Source: Geosiphon pyriformis uo1 (lineage: Eukaryota; Fungi; Glomeromycota). From it: DNA of 64,000 nt. The DNA lies in the NCBI GenBank assembly GCA_016748015.1, contig JAAOMT010000057.1, positions 15,228 to 79,227 on the forward strand. Direction: 5' to 3'. The notes beneath the pieces were generated by a model. It was not told the origin of the DNA and searched no databases. It saw only the letters and a list, made by a program, of their open reading frames with translations. Made by a program: the position numbers and the translations under genes. This document shows positions 52,412 to 64,000 of the stretch, piece after piece; the first letter of the stretch is position 1, and each line of letters opens with the position of its first letter.

Positions 52412-54148
52412 TTAAGAGTTGTCTAAATATAATAAATAGTAAAATCAGTATTAATTAATGGCACCACATAATTATATTATCAATTTTTTTTCAGCTACTT
52501 ACCTTCAGGCAAATAGACTAATTCTTTTATAAATTAAAATAAAATTTTAATATAAAATACTATATACACTGTATAATAATTAAATAAATGAATTAATTAC
52601 TTTTAAATTAAATTAAAATAAACTAACCTTTAGAAAAATCAACTATTTGTGCAGTTAAAAGACGACTTGTATAAACTGCACCTGGATGAATTACTGTTGT
52701 TGTTGTTGTTGTAGTTTTTGTTGTTAAGTAATTTGTTGTCGCGTCGTTCTTCCACATTTCTTTTATATAGTTTTGTGATTCTAAAAACTGGCGACATACA
52801 GTTTTAGACACTTCATCCGTAGACATCTTTGCTAAATACTGCTTATATATCTCCCAAAGTTCCTCCAACTTTTTATCAACTTCCTTGGCAGTAGGACGAT
52901 TCTCAGGATTAACATCCCAACACTTTATAATAATTTCGGCAATTGAAGGTGGAATAAGGGGGAAGGTAATTTCAGGTCTTTGACCATTTAAAATATCCAT
53001 TATAAGAAGGTGGTCATGAGAACGATCATGAAAAGGAGGTTTCCCTGTTGCTAATTCCCATAATAACATTCCTAAACTATAAATATCACCAGCTGTTGTA
53101 AACTTTTCTCCTCTTAAAACTTCTGGTGGAATGTATGGAATCACTCCAAATATTCCTTTCTTTTCCTCTGTTGCTTTTCCTCTTGTTGTTGCTTCATTAT
53201 TGTTTACTGATTGACATAATCCGAGGTCTCCAATATTTACGCTATAAGTATTTGATTGTAGTATATTGCCCGAGTGTAGGTCACGATGAACCATACCAGA
53301 AGAATGAATTGAATCAAGTCCAATAACTAATTGATGCACGATCCTTAATTTATCAGACCAACTAGTAGAATGAAAATTTGTTGATAAATATTTTCTCATG
53401 TCTCCATGTTCGGCAAACTCCATCACAATTCCATACTCGAGTGTTTCAGCGTTTTGGGTAATCCCATAAATTCTAGAGATACGATATAAGCGCTCACCGT
53501 TATTAATAAACATAGCTCTTTGAATATTTAACTATCAATAGAGTATAAAAAATCATAAATTAATAATAAATAGATAATAGAATAAATAATAGACGTTAAT
53601 ATACAGTAAATAAATAATAGGTAAAATATGAAATAATTAAATCTGAACTAAAGTTTAAATAATAATACTTTGTTTACCTCTTTGAACACTTCTAAACTGT
53701 TCGTTGGGATAATTTTTATTGCTACTTCCTTTTCTCGCTTTCTTTCATATTTCATTTCACCATTATGTTTTATAGTAGATTTATTAATTAATCCATTAAA
53801 CCATGTTGCTTTATAAATTATACCGAACCCTCCTCTAGCAATTTCCTTAATATTCGACAAACGTTCCCATGGAATCCATTCATAATAAATCAAATAATCA
53901 TCATCATATTCATCATCATCATCATCATCATGATTATTATTAGGTGGAATATAGATTGGATTCTTTATTATTTCATCAGCTTCTTTATTGCCGCTTGAAA
54001 AATCTTTATAAAGTTTTTCAAAAAATATGAAGTGGCATGCATTACAATAATTATCACCATTATCTTTAATACTCTTTTGACACGGTTTACATAAGTTGCA
54101 ATCATGAGCCTCTGGACGAGTTGTTCTTTTAATTTCTTTGTTTTTCAT
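52412..54148 (-). CDS. TKL protein kinase, paralogue 2. Exons 54148-53678, 53531-52628, 52523-52503, 52422-52412
   Basis: ARGGFGIIY, VAIK, HRDLHSGN, DLG, GVIPYIPPE. Same intron positions and 21-nt micro-exon as paralogue 1, reading frame intact. Confidence 0.92.
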
Positions 54149-55149
54149 GATATGGAATAAAGGAAAAAGGAAAAAGGAAAAAATGTGAATAGGTTATTTA
54201 TTCGAATAAGGATTATTTAAAGGTTTATTTGATAGTACGTTTAGAAAATAATTTGTTTAAAGTTCTTATTTAAATTGTTTCTCAATTTATTTATCAGACT
54301 GTGATTCGTTACAACAGTAACAATAACAGTAACAGTAACAAATTAGGCTTCGTGTGAAGCATATGATTTAATTATAAGACTAACTCCTAAATTTACTTGG
54401 ATTCTCTAAATATTAAACCTAATTTTGGAAGTTATGGTTTAATAATAATTTTTTGGTTGTATAACACTAAAACAGAAAAGGTTTATTAATAGTCGCTTTC
54501 TATTTTATGTTTTGACCTCAGTTTTAATATTCTTAATATATAATATATTTAAAAAAAATTTTATTATTATTTTATTGTTGTTTTTTGTTTTATATTTAAA
54601 TATACATAAATTTTTAACCTTTTTATTATTTTTTCTACTTTTTCTTTTTTTTAAGTATAAAAAAAAACTTGTTTTAACTTTGTATCTTTTATTGTTTGTT
54701 TTTTGTTTTTTTTACTATTAATAATTAAGATTTGTGTTAATTATAATAATATTTTTAATTAGATTATTAGCTATAAAATTGAATAATAAATTATTTTATA
54801 TATATAAATACAATAATAATTTTTGTATTATTAAAGTAATAATAACAAAGTTAATATTAATAAATAATTATAATCTAAATACTAAATAATAAATATAAAA
54901 CTTTATTTTCAAACAATAAAAAGTAAAAAATATATAAAAATTCAGTAATAATTAATTAATATTTAATAAAAATATTAATTATATTATTAAATTTTATAAA
55001 TCTTTGATTTTTAATTAATATAATTAAAATATTATTTAAATATTAAAATATATTATATTAAACAATATTAATTTAAATAAACTTTAATAAATATAAAAAA
55101 TTGCTAAATTAACTCATCTATAATATGTAATATTATTTTATATTATAGT

Positions 55150-58100
55150 TTTTTATTTATTATTTATTTATTTTATATAATACTTTATAAGTAAAATTCA
55201 ACTATTATCTAATACATAGACCCAAACTAAGTGGTCCAAACTAAATACAGTTTATGTTTTTACTACATATAGCCAGCCATTTAGACCAAACAAAACAACA
55301 CTATACATATATATTAACATAAACATTCCCACTTAAACCAGAAAAAAAAGAGCACAGCTTATATTTACTAAAACTAATAGTAAAAAATTTCACAATATTA
55401 AACATTCAAACTATTTTATCTAATAACATAAAAACTATACTACAAGATATATCCAAAACCAAATCATTATTTTTGACCAAACTAGCTTTTTTCATGACTG
55501 CTTTATGTTTGAATTTTATAAGCTATGTTTTAGTACAATATAATTTTACCAAATAATTCACATACTTAACAAAAACAGAGGCAGTTTTCTTTTTTCTATT
55601 AAAAACCATAACAGCTTCAACATATCAGTTTTTTAACACAAAGCTTTTGCAAATTGTTATATACAAATTCATATCAAAAGAACACAAAACAAACAATTGC
55701 AAAACAACAAAAGAAAACAAGCAAGAAACACTCATCAATAACACATAATTTACAGAAGCTTTAACCAAAATGTCTTCTTGAATACTAATATTCTCAACAC
55801 AAGTAAAAACATGATCAGATAATTTCATCTTATCATACAATAAACACAACACATTAGGATATACTTTATTATATAATCTCTTCTTAATCACTATTGACAG
55901 TTATTTATGTACTACCTTTATCAAATATGTGTGTAGATTGGCAGAATTTTTACTAATAAATCCAGACAGCATATATAAGTTAAGATATTAGATTTTCACA
56001 GTAGCTATCCAATCTATTTTTTTTAATAACACACTAGAAACCATATTATAACTAAAACCAGCTTTTTATTAAACACAACAAATTGACCTGTACAAATCAC
56101 AAATAAAATAACAAGTATTGTTAGATACAGCCATTTTTTTAACCATCAAAAACCATTTTTAAATCCCAACCAGCAAAGAAAAAGAAGAGTGAGCAACTGT
56201 ACTTGTAAGCATATTAGTTCTGATATTGTCTAGAACACCTGAATGTTTTTTAACCTTCACTTACTTAACAAAAAAATTTTTGTCTATAATCAGATTAAAA
56301 ACATGCTTTTATTTAATCTAACATTGATTATGAAAGTTAAATATATTAAACAAAGTTTTAAAAACACATACATCAATTGCAGATTGGCTATCCAAATACA
56401 AAACAACTACACAAAAAGATAAAACACACTCTAAAACTAAAACAACAGCTTGTAATTTAGCTATAGTAGAGAAAAAAAGCTCATGCATTTTAACACTAAT
56501 ACTTATATTTAAAGCTAAAAAGTAAGCAGCCACTTTACTAGCAATCTTAACAGAATCAGTATATTGCAAAGATCTATTCATGTAAATCTTGAAAAAATCA
56601 GACTATATCTCAAGCAAACTTTTTTACATACCAAAAAACTTTACAGATTCCAAAACACCCAAATTAATTAACTCACAGATAATAACAAATCCAACTATTA
56701 AAAAATTCTTACTATGTAAAAACTCAAATGCTAACTTAAATCAATAAGGCACAAAACTCTTTGAATTTAATCTTTTCTATTACCAAAATGTTTTTTAGTC
56801 TATTATAATCTCTTTTCTGTTTAGAAATTTGTTACTAAACACAATACCAAACTGTTTCAAAAAAAGAACAAAGCTGTAATACAAAGATTGTTTTAAGATA
56901 TTAGATATTAGAAATCTACCAAAACCACAAAAAACATTAGGCAAATTGTTTGCCAATAATAATTAGTTGTTTAAAAAAATTTTTACTATTTTTGCCAAAA
57001 AATTATTTATTGGATTAACATGTAATTTAACAAAAAACTGCAAAAAATTCAGAAAAAACTATCCTAAAATCTGTAAATCCAAAAATCTATGCTCAAATAA
57101 GCATCCAAAAATGCTCTGAACATTAAAAAAAGCAATCAATAAAACCACTTTGTTTTTAAACTGCACTTGTTTAAAGAGTTCAAATCATATAAAAATGAAT
57201 AATACAAAGTCTTATTAGAAAAGTTCTATAATAAACCAATCTTGGCTTTAAAACTCTTTTTAATTATTATATCTTACTTGTAATACACACCCAATAAAAC
57301 AAAACTAAACTGTATTTAATAGCTAACTATAGACTATAAGACAGCTGACATTAAGTAAGAAAACTGTTTATTTGTAATTGTTTTTCTTAATACTATATTG
57401 GAAAAAAATCTGACATTTGCATAAACCCAAGTCAAGCTAAGCTTAAAAAAACTCTTAATAAACAAAAAAATATCCAAGTACCTATGTAATTCACTTTTTT
57501 TGACAATTAAAATTAGCAAACTACTAATTAACAATAAGACAGTTCTAATGTCTTGATTAATAAGAATAGTTACTGTTTTATTATTATTAATTAAGATATT
57601 ATTAATATTAAAAAACTTACTGGCAATATTCAAGATATACTGTGTAAAAGCTTGACTACTCTTAATTTAAATTGTATTATCAACAAAGACATCAACAGTA
57701 AAAAAAAAAAGTCATCTTACTAATAGCTTCAATTTGACCAATCTTTGTCATAAACTTAGTATTAATTTAGTACTTATATAAATAATTATGCCTCTTAATC
57801 TTGTACAACAACAAATCATAGAAAATTTTTCAAAAGAAAGAAGAAAACACTTCACCTTAATCCAAATCATTGTGTACTCTATAACTATTTGAAAGTCCAA
57901 AATTCATCATTATTCTGTTAATCTGATTCTTATAAATACTATTAAAAAACTTAATAAACTGGCTGTATATCTTAATGTATTACAAATTGGCTCTTAGATA
58001 ATATCAGTCTACTAAATTATAAGCTTTGTGTATATTCTGCAATACCAACTAAAGCTCTCTATTTTTTTCTAAAGTGTTTTTAATAATTAATTCAATGGCA

Positions 58101-61100
58101 AAAATAAGAGATTGTATTGAAATACTTTTTAACACTGAAAAGTTATTACTATAAAAAATGTCAAATTTGTTATATGCTAATGATATCCAATCAAAAAAAA
58201 TCTTAGATAAAATTTTCTGAATCATTTTTATCAGAGCAATAGACTGAGTATTTGTTAAGATGTTATTTTATTTATAAGATTTCAAAATTATTAAAACTGA
58301 TATTCTTGTTTAAGAAATTAAAACCACATCTGAAGTCAAACACAAATTTAAAATTCCAAAAAACAATTTAACATCTTATTATCACAATGTTTCTACAGTT
58401 CATTAAGTATCTTTGACAACTCAGCAGTCTTGCTATTTAGCAAATTATCAACAACCAAAATTAACTTTTTCATATCAATTTTTTTTATTACATCAAAAAA
58501 AACATTATCATCTATATAATTCAGAGACATATATTGGTAAGACTAAAGGTCAAACAATCTTAAAAACACTGACCACTTCTTTATCCACTTTTCTATTATT
58601 TTATTGTTTCTAAGTTATATCTCATCAGATTTTGTCACCAATTTATCTCTTTTTACTAAATAATTCAAAACAACTTTGTAAAATGGTTTTTTTAAAATGC
58701 TCTTTATCATTTACCCCTTATCAGAACAGAAATTTTCCATGTAATACTTAATCATCTTCCTAATAGCTGTATTTTCAGATGCTTTTAATTTATAATACTT
58801 AGATTTCTAATACCTTTTCTTTATTATTAACAAATGTTTCATTAATTTCATTAAACTTATATCAATTTAAATCATGTTAGTAATCTTACATGTTTTAACA
58901 ACATCAACAGTTAACTAAATACTAACAAAACAGTTAAATTTCACCAGATTTCCAGGACATTATTTTTTTACAATTTTTGCAATAAGCAGTTTTAATTTAA
59001 AAAACTTTAAAGATTATTTGTTTTTTTAACAATCATATTTACTATATCAATGTTTAGAAAACACCACATTAGCAGCTTGTACTATGGTCTTCTTTAGTAT
59101 TTTCTATATTACATCCAAGTTATTACAGTTTTTTGTCTTTTCAAACACATTTGAATTTATTTATAACTTATTAAAAAATAGCTCTTTAAATCATAACTAC
59201 TTAATATTATTTATACCTCTTAGTTTGAACTTCTACTGATTCTTATTAACTTGTTTGTGAATACTACCAAAACAAACATTTAGAAAACCACCCAAACTGA
59301 TTGATACTGAAACTGTTTTATAATCTGTATTAAAAAATTTTGACACAACATTGATTTTATGGCATGTAACTGCAGATGCCAAATTTTCATTCACAAAAAT
59401 AAAATCCAACACCTTCTTAGCTCTTCTAAAATTGCTCTAAGTATAAGCTATAGCCAATAAATATCTATTAAATGTATTAACCAGATTTAAATCCAAACAA
59501 AACTTGAAACTTACACTTTTTTTAAATCTATTTTCATTAAAGTCACTACTTAGAATCACAAAAAAACTAGAGTTAACTGCTTTAGAGATTATGAAATTGA
59601 TATCAAAAACTTGACCAAATCATATATCAACAGATATACCAACATATAAATTCAAAATTGTAACTAAAAGCTTATTTTTGAATAAAAGGCATATTAAAAT
59701 CAACTGACTTGAAATTTTATTCACTTTTAAAACATGTTGAACTAAAAAGCTGTTCATATTTACAGCAATACCAGCACTTAAAAAACTCTTATTCAAATCA
59801 GAAATAAAAATATGAACTCTATCAAACTTATTTATAATCCACAGCCTAATTTTAGACTTCAATTTTGTTTTAGTAATAATAAAAATTATGTTACTTAAAT
59901 TCATATGCCAACAAACAATATCTTTTTACTTAGCAAAGACATTGAAATTTCTAATATTATAAGTAGCAAACTTCTATACTAGATCTATTATTAAGAAAAA
60001 AAATCTTTTATACTTAAACTAAAATTGTCTATTTTGGCCATTAAGCCTATAACTGTAGTTAACAGATTGTTTATATTTTTTCCAACTTTGAAATAAACAA
60101 TTAATCAAAAACTACTGTTTCTACAACAGTCTTATTACTAGTAACTATATCTAAACCTTCACTTATTATTATATCTGCTTCTTAATTCTGTGATAAAAGA
60201 GTCATTAACAGCTAATGTCTAAGGCTAGACTGGAAAACTGTTGGCTCAAATATGTCCAATCTCTTAGTTGGCTTATTAATCTGCTTTACAAAACTGGCAA
60301 AACTGTATTCAAAAGTGGCAAATCTATTATTTATATTCAAAAAAACCAGTGGAAGAGACTTCATCTTTAAAAAAAAGCCAGAATTTAATAAACTATTATG
60401 TACAAAAAGAGAAAAAAAAGACTTACCACCAATTTTAGTTCAAGAAACACCACCAAAAGCCATTAAACAAGCAATAAAAACTAAGTATTTGGCATAGATA
60501 ACTGCCAATTTGCTTTTATCTGTGTTCAATAATACTTTCTAAAAAAAAGCACTATAGAAAAAATTTCTATTTACAGAATAGCTCAATAATATATAATCTA
60601 AATTTTTACACTTGGCAGAGCTTAAATAAGACCAGTATAGATTGGCATCTTTTAGCATTGATGTGGTTTTTATGGTAGCATTCAATAATACAGCAAAGTC
60701 AAAACAAACAACTGCACATCTGGTTTAAGCATATATAACTGAATAACAGTTAATAATACATGTTTTTCATCTACTGAATTAATATAATTCCAAATATTAT
60801 GTGCATTTGTTTCTATTGATAAAGTATACAGCAGTACTCTATAATCATCTCTTGTATTCTATAATTTCTTGTTCTTATCAGTTCTAGCTATACATATTGT
60901 ATTTTTCCCAATTAGGACAGACTATCTTGTTGTAACCAAATTACCATGATTTATCTTATTGAATTTAATTACAGTTTTTTGTCACAGTCTTACTAACTGT
61001 ATTTTGATTGACTTAATCAATCCAAAATCAGAAAGCACAGTACATACAGCCTTAGCCAACTTTTAATTGGAATTTTTTTATCATTACAGTTTGATTTGAG

Positions 61101-61870
61101 CACATTATCAATTTTTTTAGATTGGTGTTTACCAAAATATTCACAGTTTTTGCTTTTTTAATAGTCTATAGCAAGTTTAATTTAAATGTAAAAATAGCAC
61201 AAATAATTTTAGCAGGTTTTAAAGGAGTAAAAACTCTCCTAAAACTATTTATTTTTGAAAACAACTTTTTAATCACCACAAGCTTTTTTTGAAACAACTT
61301 TTTAATAACTTTGTCCAGACTAATATCCAAAACAAATAATTTCTTAAACTAAATTTTTTAGTGGTAGAGGAAAAAACACAGAAGCATCCAAAAAAATTTC
61401 ATTATTATCTATATTTAAGAAGTTGATTTTTTTTAGAAATGTACTTAAAGCTTTTTTTGTTATTAATATTAGTTTCTTTAGCATTTGGCTATGATTTTTT
61501 CTGTTAAGCACATTTTTTTTGCCATAATTTATACTGGTTTTCTCTACTAAAAACTTTTTTTTCATATTAATACTATCAAATTCAGTTATATTATCAATAT
61601 TAAAATTTCAAGAAGTCTCAACTACTCTTTCTAAAAAAACTATCTTATTAATAGCACTATTCTTCAAAGTGCTTTTTTTTTTTCTAGAAACAATATCTTT
61701 GTTATTAGCATCAAAACCAAAGTTCTTGATAAATTTTTTATAACAACAATACTACAGCCAATAATAGCTTTATAATTAAGTAAAAACAGTTTGGATTTAT
61801 TATACTAAATAGAAAAAACTTTTTTGACTTTTTTTTGAAAATTTGGGATGAAAAAAAAAGAAGTTTTTTT
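55150..61870 (-). mobile_element. LINE copy H, full length but heavily decayed
   Basis: Fragments of all domains in order: KKKFLVEKTS (from EEECLVEETS), LFKNKLLVTILNLY, NNKTVTILIN, KLQAVVLVLECV, CLLY..SDHVFTC. 3' UTR at 55185-55304, 5' end like copies B and F. Confidence 0.9.
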
Positions 61871-62149
61871 ATATTTTCAATTATATATATATAAACATAT
61901 TAAAAAATATTATAATTGTTTATAACAAAGTTTTTTTTAATTATAAAACATTATAAATTATTTAAGATATAATAAAAAATAATATAATCTATATTTAATT
62001 TTATATAAGAATAAATTTATTTTAATTAAACTAATATTTATTAAAATTATTAATAAATAAATATTAAGATTCTATATATATTAATATTACATATTATGAA
62101 TAAGTCTAATAATTTTCTAAATATATTATTATTACTATTTTAAATATAT

Positions 62150-62499
62150 ATTTTTTTTATTAACATTTTACAAGCAAGGTCCAAATATTACCTAGTACAA
62201 TACATCAATTGATTAATCTAAACTAGGTGTGAATCATGTATTTTCTACACGTGACCAGCCACTCAGGTTAATCAAAACCACACTAAACATCTATATGCAC
62301 TAAGACCAAGTCTCCAATACCTGAAAAAAACAAACAAAATTTACAAAAACCAAAACCAACACCAACTGTCTCAGCAATACTCAGCAACTTAACAACATCT
62401 GCAAAAAGCAATGCAGGCAGCCCTGAAATTGAAACTACAGCTGAACCGTTACTAAGTATTATACCACTCTTCTCTATACAGGCATGATGCTTAGCACGG
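62150..62499 (-). mobile_element. LINE copy I, 3' end, interrupted by LTR family 2
   Basis: Terminal ORF2 codons (RAKHHACIEKS...FGFCKFCLFFSGIGDLVLVHIDV*), 3' UTR at 62165-62285 and poly-A. Confidence 0.9.
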
Positions 62500-63479
62500 T
62501 GTTACCAGAGGTTTTTGGTCTCTTTTCTGTAATGTTGTTGATATTTATTTGCTGTGAATTCACGTTTTCTGGATGTGGTTGAACCTCCAGTAACTGAATT
62601 TATCTTCAAATTATCTCCTATAATTTGAACTTGCTGGGCTTATGAGTGGAATGGCCAATTCCATGCCAGTTGCTTTATGTAGTTACATTGTAGTAAACAT
62701 CAACTCTTTCCCAGGAATTGCTCGTCTGGAAGCTCAATAAAAAATGTGTAGTTACTTTGCTGTGAAAGTCAACTCTTCTACAGGAATCTCATCTGTAGGT
62801 TACCCTAATGATTATGATAAGAAAATAAAAGAAAATAAAAGAAATGTAAAAGAAATAGAATTTTATCAAGGGAAACGTTTTCTATCCAGGTCTGGAGTCA
62901 CTAACAGTTTACTGAAATTGGTAGCTAATTAATTTCAAAACGTTAGTTGGGTTTTGGGGATTTTTTCAAGTACAATAATTAAAGAATTTGGTTTTTCGAA
63001 TTATTTGATATTTATTTTTTTTGTGTGTATAGGAACAGTTCTAAGTGATAAATCCAAAGTAAGATACATTTTCTCGAAGAGAGAAGCTCTTCTTTTATAC
63101 AACTTATTGTAACACTATTCTATGAACTTGAACTTTGCTATTTTCTATGATTTCGCTGAACTAAAGATACATTTTAGCAAACTACAAGTTATTTCGGCGA
63201 ACTATTAGATATTTCGGTGAACTATCAATTATTTCGGCGAATTTCTACAAATTTCGGCAAACTTCTAAATGTTACATAGTTCGGAGTATTGTATGATTGA
63301 TCATCACAATTAGGTTACATTTGTGTTGTGTACAATTTGAGTTATTAATTAAATGATAATTTCGGATATTTTTGCTAATGTAATAAGTGATCATTTAAAA
63401 CGATAATATATGCTAATTAATAATAGGAATTATAAGATAATTTCATGCTAAATAATATCTCTAATTTCGTCTGGTAATA
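62500..63479 (-). repeat. 3' LTR of an LTR family 2 element that continues beyond the window
   Basis: Reverse complement of solo LTR 2011-2970, with ends TGTTACCAGA...TCTGGTAATA. It retains more CpG. U3 array (TATTTCGGCGAACT)n at 63170-63265. Confidence 0.94.
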
Positions 63480-64000
63480 TAACCTCCTCCTCAAGACTGA
63501 GCTCCATCAAAGTCCAAGTACTGTCTGTTATTTCCAGATAATAATCCAAAATTATTGAAGAAATTTGGTTTGAAAATTGTTGAAATTTCAGTTCTGTGAG
63601 CTTTCCAATGTATTGAATCTTCAAAGATTGAAAAATTGGGTTTTGTAGTACATTTTTACAGGTGTAAAATAGGTCATAAAGTCTAAGAGCAGCTCTAAGC
63701 CTGTAGCGACTATTTGTTAATCCAGCTGTTGTCTTGAATTCATTGTGGAGTTGTTTCTGAATAGCTTCTTTTGTGAGGTTTGCTGTTGTAAGTTCCAGTT
63801 TCCATTTGTAGAGTGTTTTTCCAATGTGAAAATATCTATAGATTGGAGGATATTCAGTGTTTTCCTCATTGAGGCACAGTTGAAGTTTTTGTTGAATTGT
63901 AGCATTTGGTGGAATACTAATCAGAGTGAGCATTAGGTTTTCTCTTAAAGCAAGCTTTAAAAGTTCTGGCAGGTGAATTCCAGTATAACTTCTTGTGTTC
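63448..64000 (-). CDS. Accessory ORF3 of LTR family 2 (5'-partial, unknown function), reading through the PPT into the LTR
   Basis: Open frame from the window edge: NTRSYTGIHLPELLKLALRENLMLTLISIPP...YPPIYRYFHIGKTL...RAALRLYDLF...IQYIGKLT...EEEVILPDEIRDII*. Confidence 0.75.
   Translation of the reverse strand, partial: NTRSYTGIHLPELLKLALRENLMLTLISIPPNATIQQKLQLCLNEENTEYPPIYRYFHIGKTLYKWKLELTTANLTKEAIQKQLHNEFKTTAGLTNSRYRLRAALRLYDLFYTCKNVLQNPIFQSLKIQYIGKLTELKFQQFSNQISSIILDYYLEITDSTWTLMELSLEEEVILPDEIRDII
63480..63492 (-). promoter_or_regulatory. Polypurine tract of LTR family 2
   Basis: GAGGAGGAGGTTA on the minus strand, directly before the LTR. Confidence 0.85.

Noticed and set aside
35375-54148. 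Diversity-generating-retroelement-like mutagenesis of the kinases by nearby RTs
   Set aside because: The changes are not adenine-specific, no template repeat is visible, and the RTs are ordinary LINE and Gypsy types.
54310-54341. (ACAGTA)n short repeat upstream of kinase 2 as a regulatory element
   Set aside because: Absent upstream of paralogue 1, and there is no evidence of function.
54512-54721. Hydrophobic 69-aa ORF (similarly the N-terminus of 32782-33015)
   Set aside because: Compositional artefact of near-pure AT sequence.
63150-63266. Regularly spaced repeats resembling a mini-CRISPR
   Set aside because: Spacers are only about 8 nt, the array sits inside an LTR, and there are no cas genes in this eukaryotic context.

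Overview
Eukaryotic, AT-rich, repeat-dominated window. The intron-containing TKL kinases and the repeat families look like Glomeromycota (arbuscular mycorrhizal fungi and relatives). My recollection of the repeat-derived peptides points to Geosiphon-like sequence, but this is inference. Most of the window is decayed, nested transposons. These are nine full or partial copies of RNase H-bearing LINEs, two ORF1-only LINE derivatives, and one full-length Ty3/Gypsy element (9269-19228) inserted in a LINE. There are also a solo LTR and a 3' end from a second LTR family, and a Tc1 (DD34E) element. All show heavy C>T/G>A decay. The only host genes are two paralogous 4-exon TKL kinases (35375-37042 and 52412-54148, minus strand). 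Main findings: (1) The kinase paralogues have a near-identical backbone interrupted by codon-level hypervariable patches that should cluster on one kinase surface. (2) Two LTR families with unrelated LTRs carry a homologous, non-env accessory ORF in the env position, and each has its own motif array in U3. (3) The Gypsy pol has three zinc-finger-like modules plus a dUTPase between protease and RT. (4) The ORF1-only elements share a conserved, probably structured 3' UTR with the LINEs. (5) Repeat decay shows a CpG plus TpC-biased signature. All alignments were done by eye, and boundaries of the oldest copies are approximate.
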